Shown in pieces: positions 62,127 to 64,000 of a stretch of 64,000 nt of DNA. The translations under genes were made by a program, and so were the position numbers. Under the pieces are notes generated by a model. That model did no database searches. It worked only from the letters and a program-made list of their open reading frames with translations, and was not told the DNA's origin. This DNA comes from Bacillota bacterium (GTDB lineage Bacteria; Bacillota; Bacilli; Paenibacillales; UBA4045). The stretch lies in the NCBI GenBank assembly GCA_023441055.1, contig JAEZQY010000018.1, positions 8,164-72,163 on the forward strand. Reading direction: 5' to 3'. How positions within the stretch are numbered: position 1 is the stretch's first letter; the number at the start of each line of letters is the position of its first letter.

Positions 62127-64000
62127 GTTATTTAGATAATTACTTTAATATAATCTCTTCAAGGGGAAATTCCGGGTTAGCAGAAGCGATCAAAAAAACA
62201 ACGGATGATATTGTACCTCAATACATAAGAAACTTCTCATTTAAGGATCATGTTGTCAGTTTATTAATGGGCAATGTGCAAAGTGGGAAGACAAGTCATA
62301 TATTTGGAGTGATTTCGGCGGCATCAGATGAGGGTTTTGGTATTTTTGTATTGCTAACTACTGATAACATCTTATTGCAACAGCAAACTATTCATCGTGC
62401 AAAGCAAGATCTTACAACCTTTTGCGTATGCGATGAAAATGATTATCTGAATTTTGTTAGCAATGCGATGCGTAAACCTGTATTGATTATTTTAAAAAAG
62501 AACAGCAGAGTACTCAACCAGTGGAAAAATAATTTTAGCTCAACCAATTTTTGCGCGGGTAACCCTCTCTTTATTATTGATGACGAAGCTGATGCCGCTA
62601 GCTTAAATACGATGATAAATAAAAACAAAAGGAGCACCATAAATAGAATTTTAGAAGAGATTAAAAACACTTCGTCTAGCAGTATTTATGTTCAAGTTAC
62701 TGGAACCCCTCAATCAATATTTCTTCAGACTTTGCAGAGTAATTGGAAACCATATTTTATTTATTACTTCGATCCAGGGAAAGGATATTTAGGTGGTGAC
62801 TTCTTTTTTGGTGATGAAGAGTCGCCATATATACTTTTTACGGATAATGATGAAGCCCAAGAAATCTTAGTTGATGATGAATTCCCTGAGAATGGATTGA
62901 AATTGGCTTTGATTACACATCTTATAACGTCAGCCCACATATTTATCAATGGTGGTAAAGTTAGTAACTTCTTGATTCATCCAAGTGTAAAGACAGATGA
63001 TCATGAAAAGTTTGCCGAGAAGATTGGAGAGTACTTGAATCAAATTAGTAGCTCGATGGATGAAGAGGATGTAATTGAAGCATTTCGGACAGCGTATAAT
63101 AATGTGAAATTTACAAAAAGCGAGATACATCCATTTGGAGACATCATTTCTTTTATAAAAGAATTATTGGAAAATGACAATGTCAATCTATTGGTTATAA
63201 ACTCAAACTCGTCTTATGAAGATAATGTAAAGTATGAATCTGGTGTTAATGTTATTATTGGAGGTAATAGCCTAGGGCGAGGAGTTACCTTTCCTAAATT
63301 ACAGACAATCTATTATTGTCGTGTTTCAAAAACCCCTCAAGCTGATACAATGTGGCAACATTCAAGAATGTTTGGTTATGACAGAGACCCGGAGTTGGTT
63401 CGGGTATTTATGCCACCAATGTTGTATAAGCTTTTTTACGATATTAACACAACGAATAATTCCTTGATAGATCAAATAAAAAAATTTGGCGGTCATAACG
63501 ATATTAAGATTCGTTATCCAAAGGGATTAAATCCGACCAGAAAAAATGTATTAGATAAGAAGGCAATTAACATACTAAGCGGTGGAGTAAATTACTTCCC
63601 CTTTTCCCCAGTAAATATTGAATACGAATCATTGGATGATATGCTGTCTGTGTTTAGGGATGAAAATTATCTTGTCAGTCTCAATGTGTTTGTGAAAATT
63701 TTGAACCTGATTGGTTCTGAATTAACTGATTGGAATAGAAATAACTTTATCGAGATTATTAATTCCTATATCGCAGAAAACCCATTGACACAAGGTAGAT
63801 TAATTGTTCGGAGAGATAGAGATATCACAAAAGGTACCGGAACACTCCTATCACCGAACGATAGGAGATTGGGAATGTCTTTTAGCGATGAAATTGTACT
63901 GACTATGTATAGAGTAACTGGAACGAAAGGATGGGGCGGGAATAGGATCTGGATACCTAATATTAAACTTCCTGACGGTATTATGTACTTTAACGTAAAT
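62123..64000 (+). CDS. DEAD-Z1 helicase-like ATPase (N/H-subunit of CglI/NgoAVII-type systems), 3' end outside window
   Basis: This ORF is not in the supplied track because it has no stop inside the window. The ATG at 62123 overlaps the upstream stop (ATGA). Walker A is 'GNVQSGKTS', the DEAD box is 'IIDDEADAAS', then 'VQVTGTP', and the Z1 signature is 'IIGGNSLGRGVTF'. Confidence 0.8.
   Translation, partial: MSYLDNYFNIISSRGNSGLAEAIKKTTDDIVPQYIRNFSFKDHVVSLLMGNVQSGKTSHIFGVISAASDEGFGIFVLLTTDNILLQQQTIHRAKQDLTTFCVCDENDYLNFVSNAMRKPVLIILKKNSRVLNQWKNNFSSTNFCAGNPLFIIDDEADAASLNTMINKNKRSTINRILEEIKNTSSSSIYVQVTGTPQSIFLQTLQSNWKPYFIYYFDPGKGYLGGDFFFGDEESPYILFTDNDEAQEILVDDEFPENGLKLALITHLITSAHIFINGGKVSNFLIHPSVKTDDHEKFAEKIGEYLNQISSSMDEEDVIEAFRTAYNNVKFTKSEIHPFGDIISFIKELLENDNVNLLVINSNSSYEDNVKYESGVNVIIGGNSLGRGVTFPKLQTIYYCRVSKTPQADTMWQHSRMFGYDRDPELVRVFMPPMLYKLFYDINTTNNSLIDQIKKFGGHNDIKIRYPKGLNPTRKNVLDKKAINILSGGVNYFPFSPVNIEYESLDDMLSVFRDENYLVSLNVFVKILNLIGSELTDWNRNNFIEIINSYIAENPLTQGRLIVRRDRDITKGTGTLLSPNDRRLGMSFSDEIVLTMYRVTGTKGWGGNRIWIPNIKLPDGIMYFNVN

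Noticed and set aside
59944-64000. Treating the MTase-PLD-Z1 cassette as a novel defence system.
   Set aside because: The domain composition and gene order match the already characterised three-component CglI/NgoAVII restriction-modification class. It is reported as a notable known-type system, not as new biology.

Overview
This 64 kb window is a chromosomal stretch that looks like a Paenibacillus-type, spore-forming Bacillales genome. The pointers are many SLH-anchored surface proteins, sugar ABC/AraC/GntR modules, a sporulation-type orphan kinase and tightly coupled operons; taxonomy cannot be proven without a database search. About 50 genes are supportable.

Layout by coordinate:
- 0-9.4 kb: redox and electrophile-stress genes (2 HxlR regulators, DoxX, an LLM oxidoreductase, an FMN reductase, WrbA), an orphan histidine kinase, a GH78-like rhamnosidase and a CE4 deacetylase.
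- 9.5-15.5 kb: a six-gene, translationally coupled operon encoding an NTP_transf_5-type nucleotidyltransferase, an HPr-kinase-like P-loop kinase, a PqqD/RRE-like protein, two GT2 glycosyltransferases and an ABC exporter. It has RiPP tailoring and recognition parts, but no lasso cyclase, no leader protease and no precursor that I can see. This is the best candidate for an undescribed system.
- 15.5-24 kb: a cation/proton antiporter, an OmpR-type two-component system and a 1428-aa GLUG/SLH surface protein.
- 24-29.5 kb: a MarR plus LLM module, followed by a 3.8 kb segment bracketed by 46-bp direct repeats of the LLM gene 3' end. The segment contains gene debris.
- 29.6-39.2 kb: an unusual double histidine kinase (7TMR-DISM sensor, HisKA/HATPase, REC, LytS-type kinase), a REC-SARP/BTAD regulator and a 1737-aa SLH protein.
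- 39.3-47.3 kb: an alpha-1,6-mannan utilisation locus (GntR regulator, ABC transporter, GH125, 2x GH76).
- 47.4-59 kb: TetR regulator, hydrolase, MFS transporters, and a glycerophosphodiesterase / Ugp-like ABC / PhnP-like MBL module.
- 59.4 kb to the window end: an AT-rich island carrying an M-R-N cassette of the CglI/NgoAVII type (C5-methyltransferase, PLD+B3 nuclease, DEAD-Z1 ATPase, truncated by the window edge), preceded by a decayed small HTH gene.

No rRNA, tRNA, CRISPR array or intact transposase or integrase was seen.
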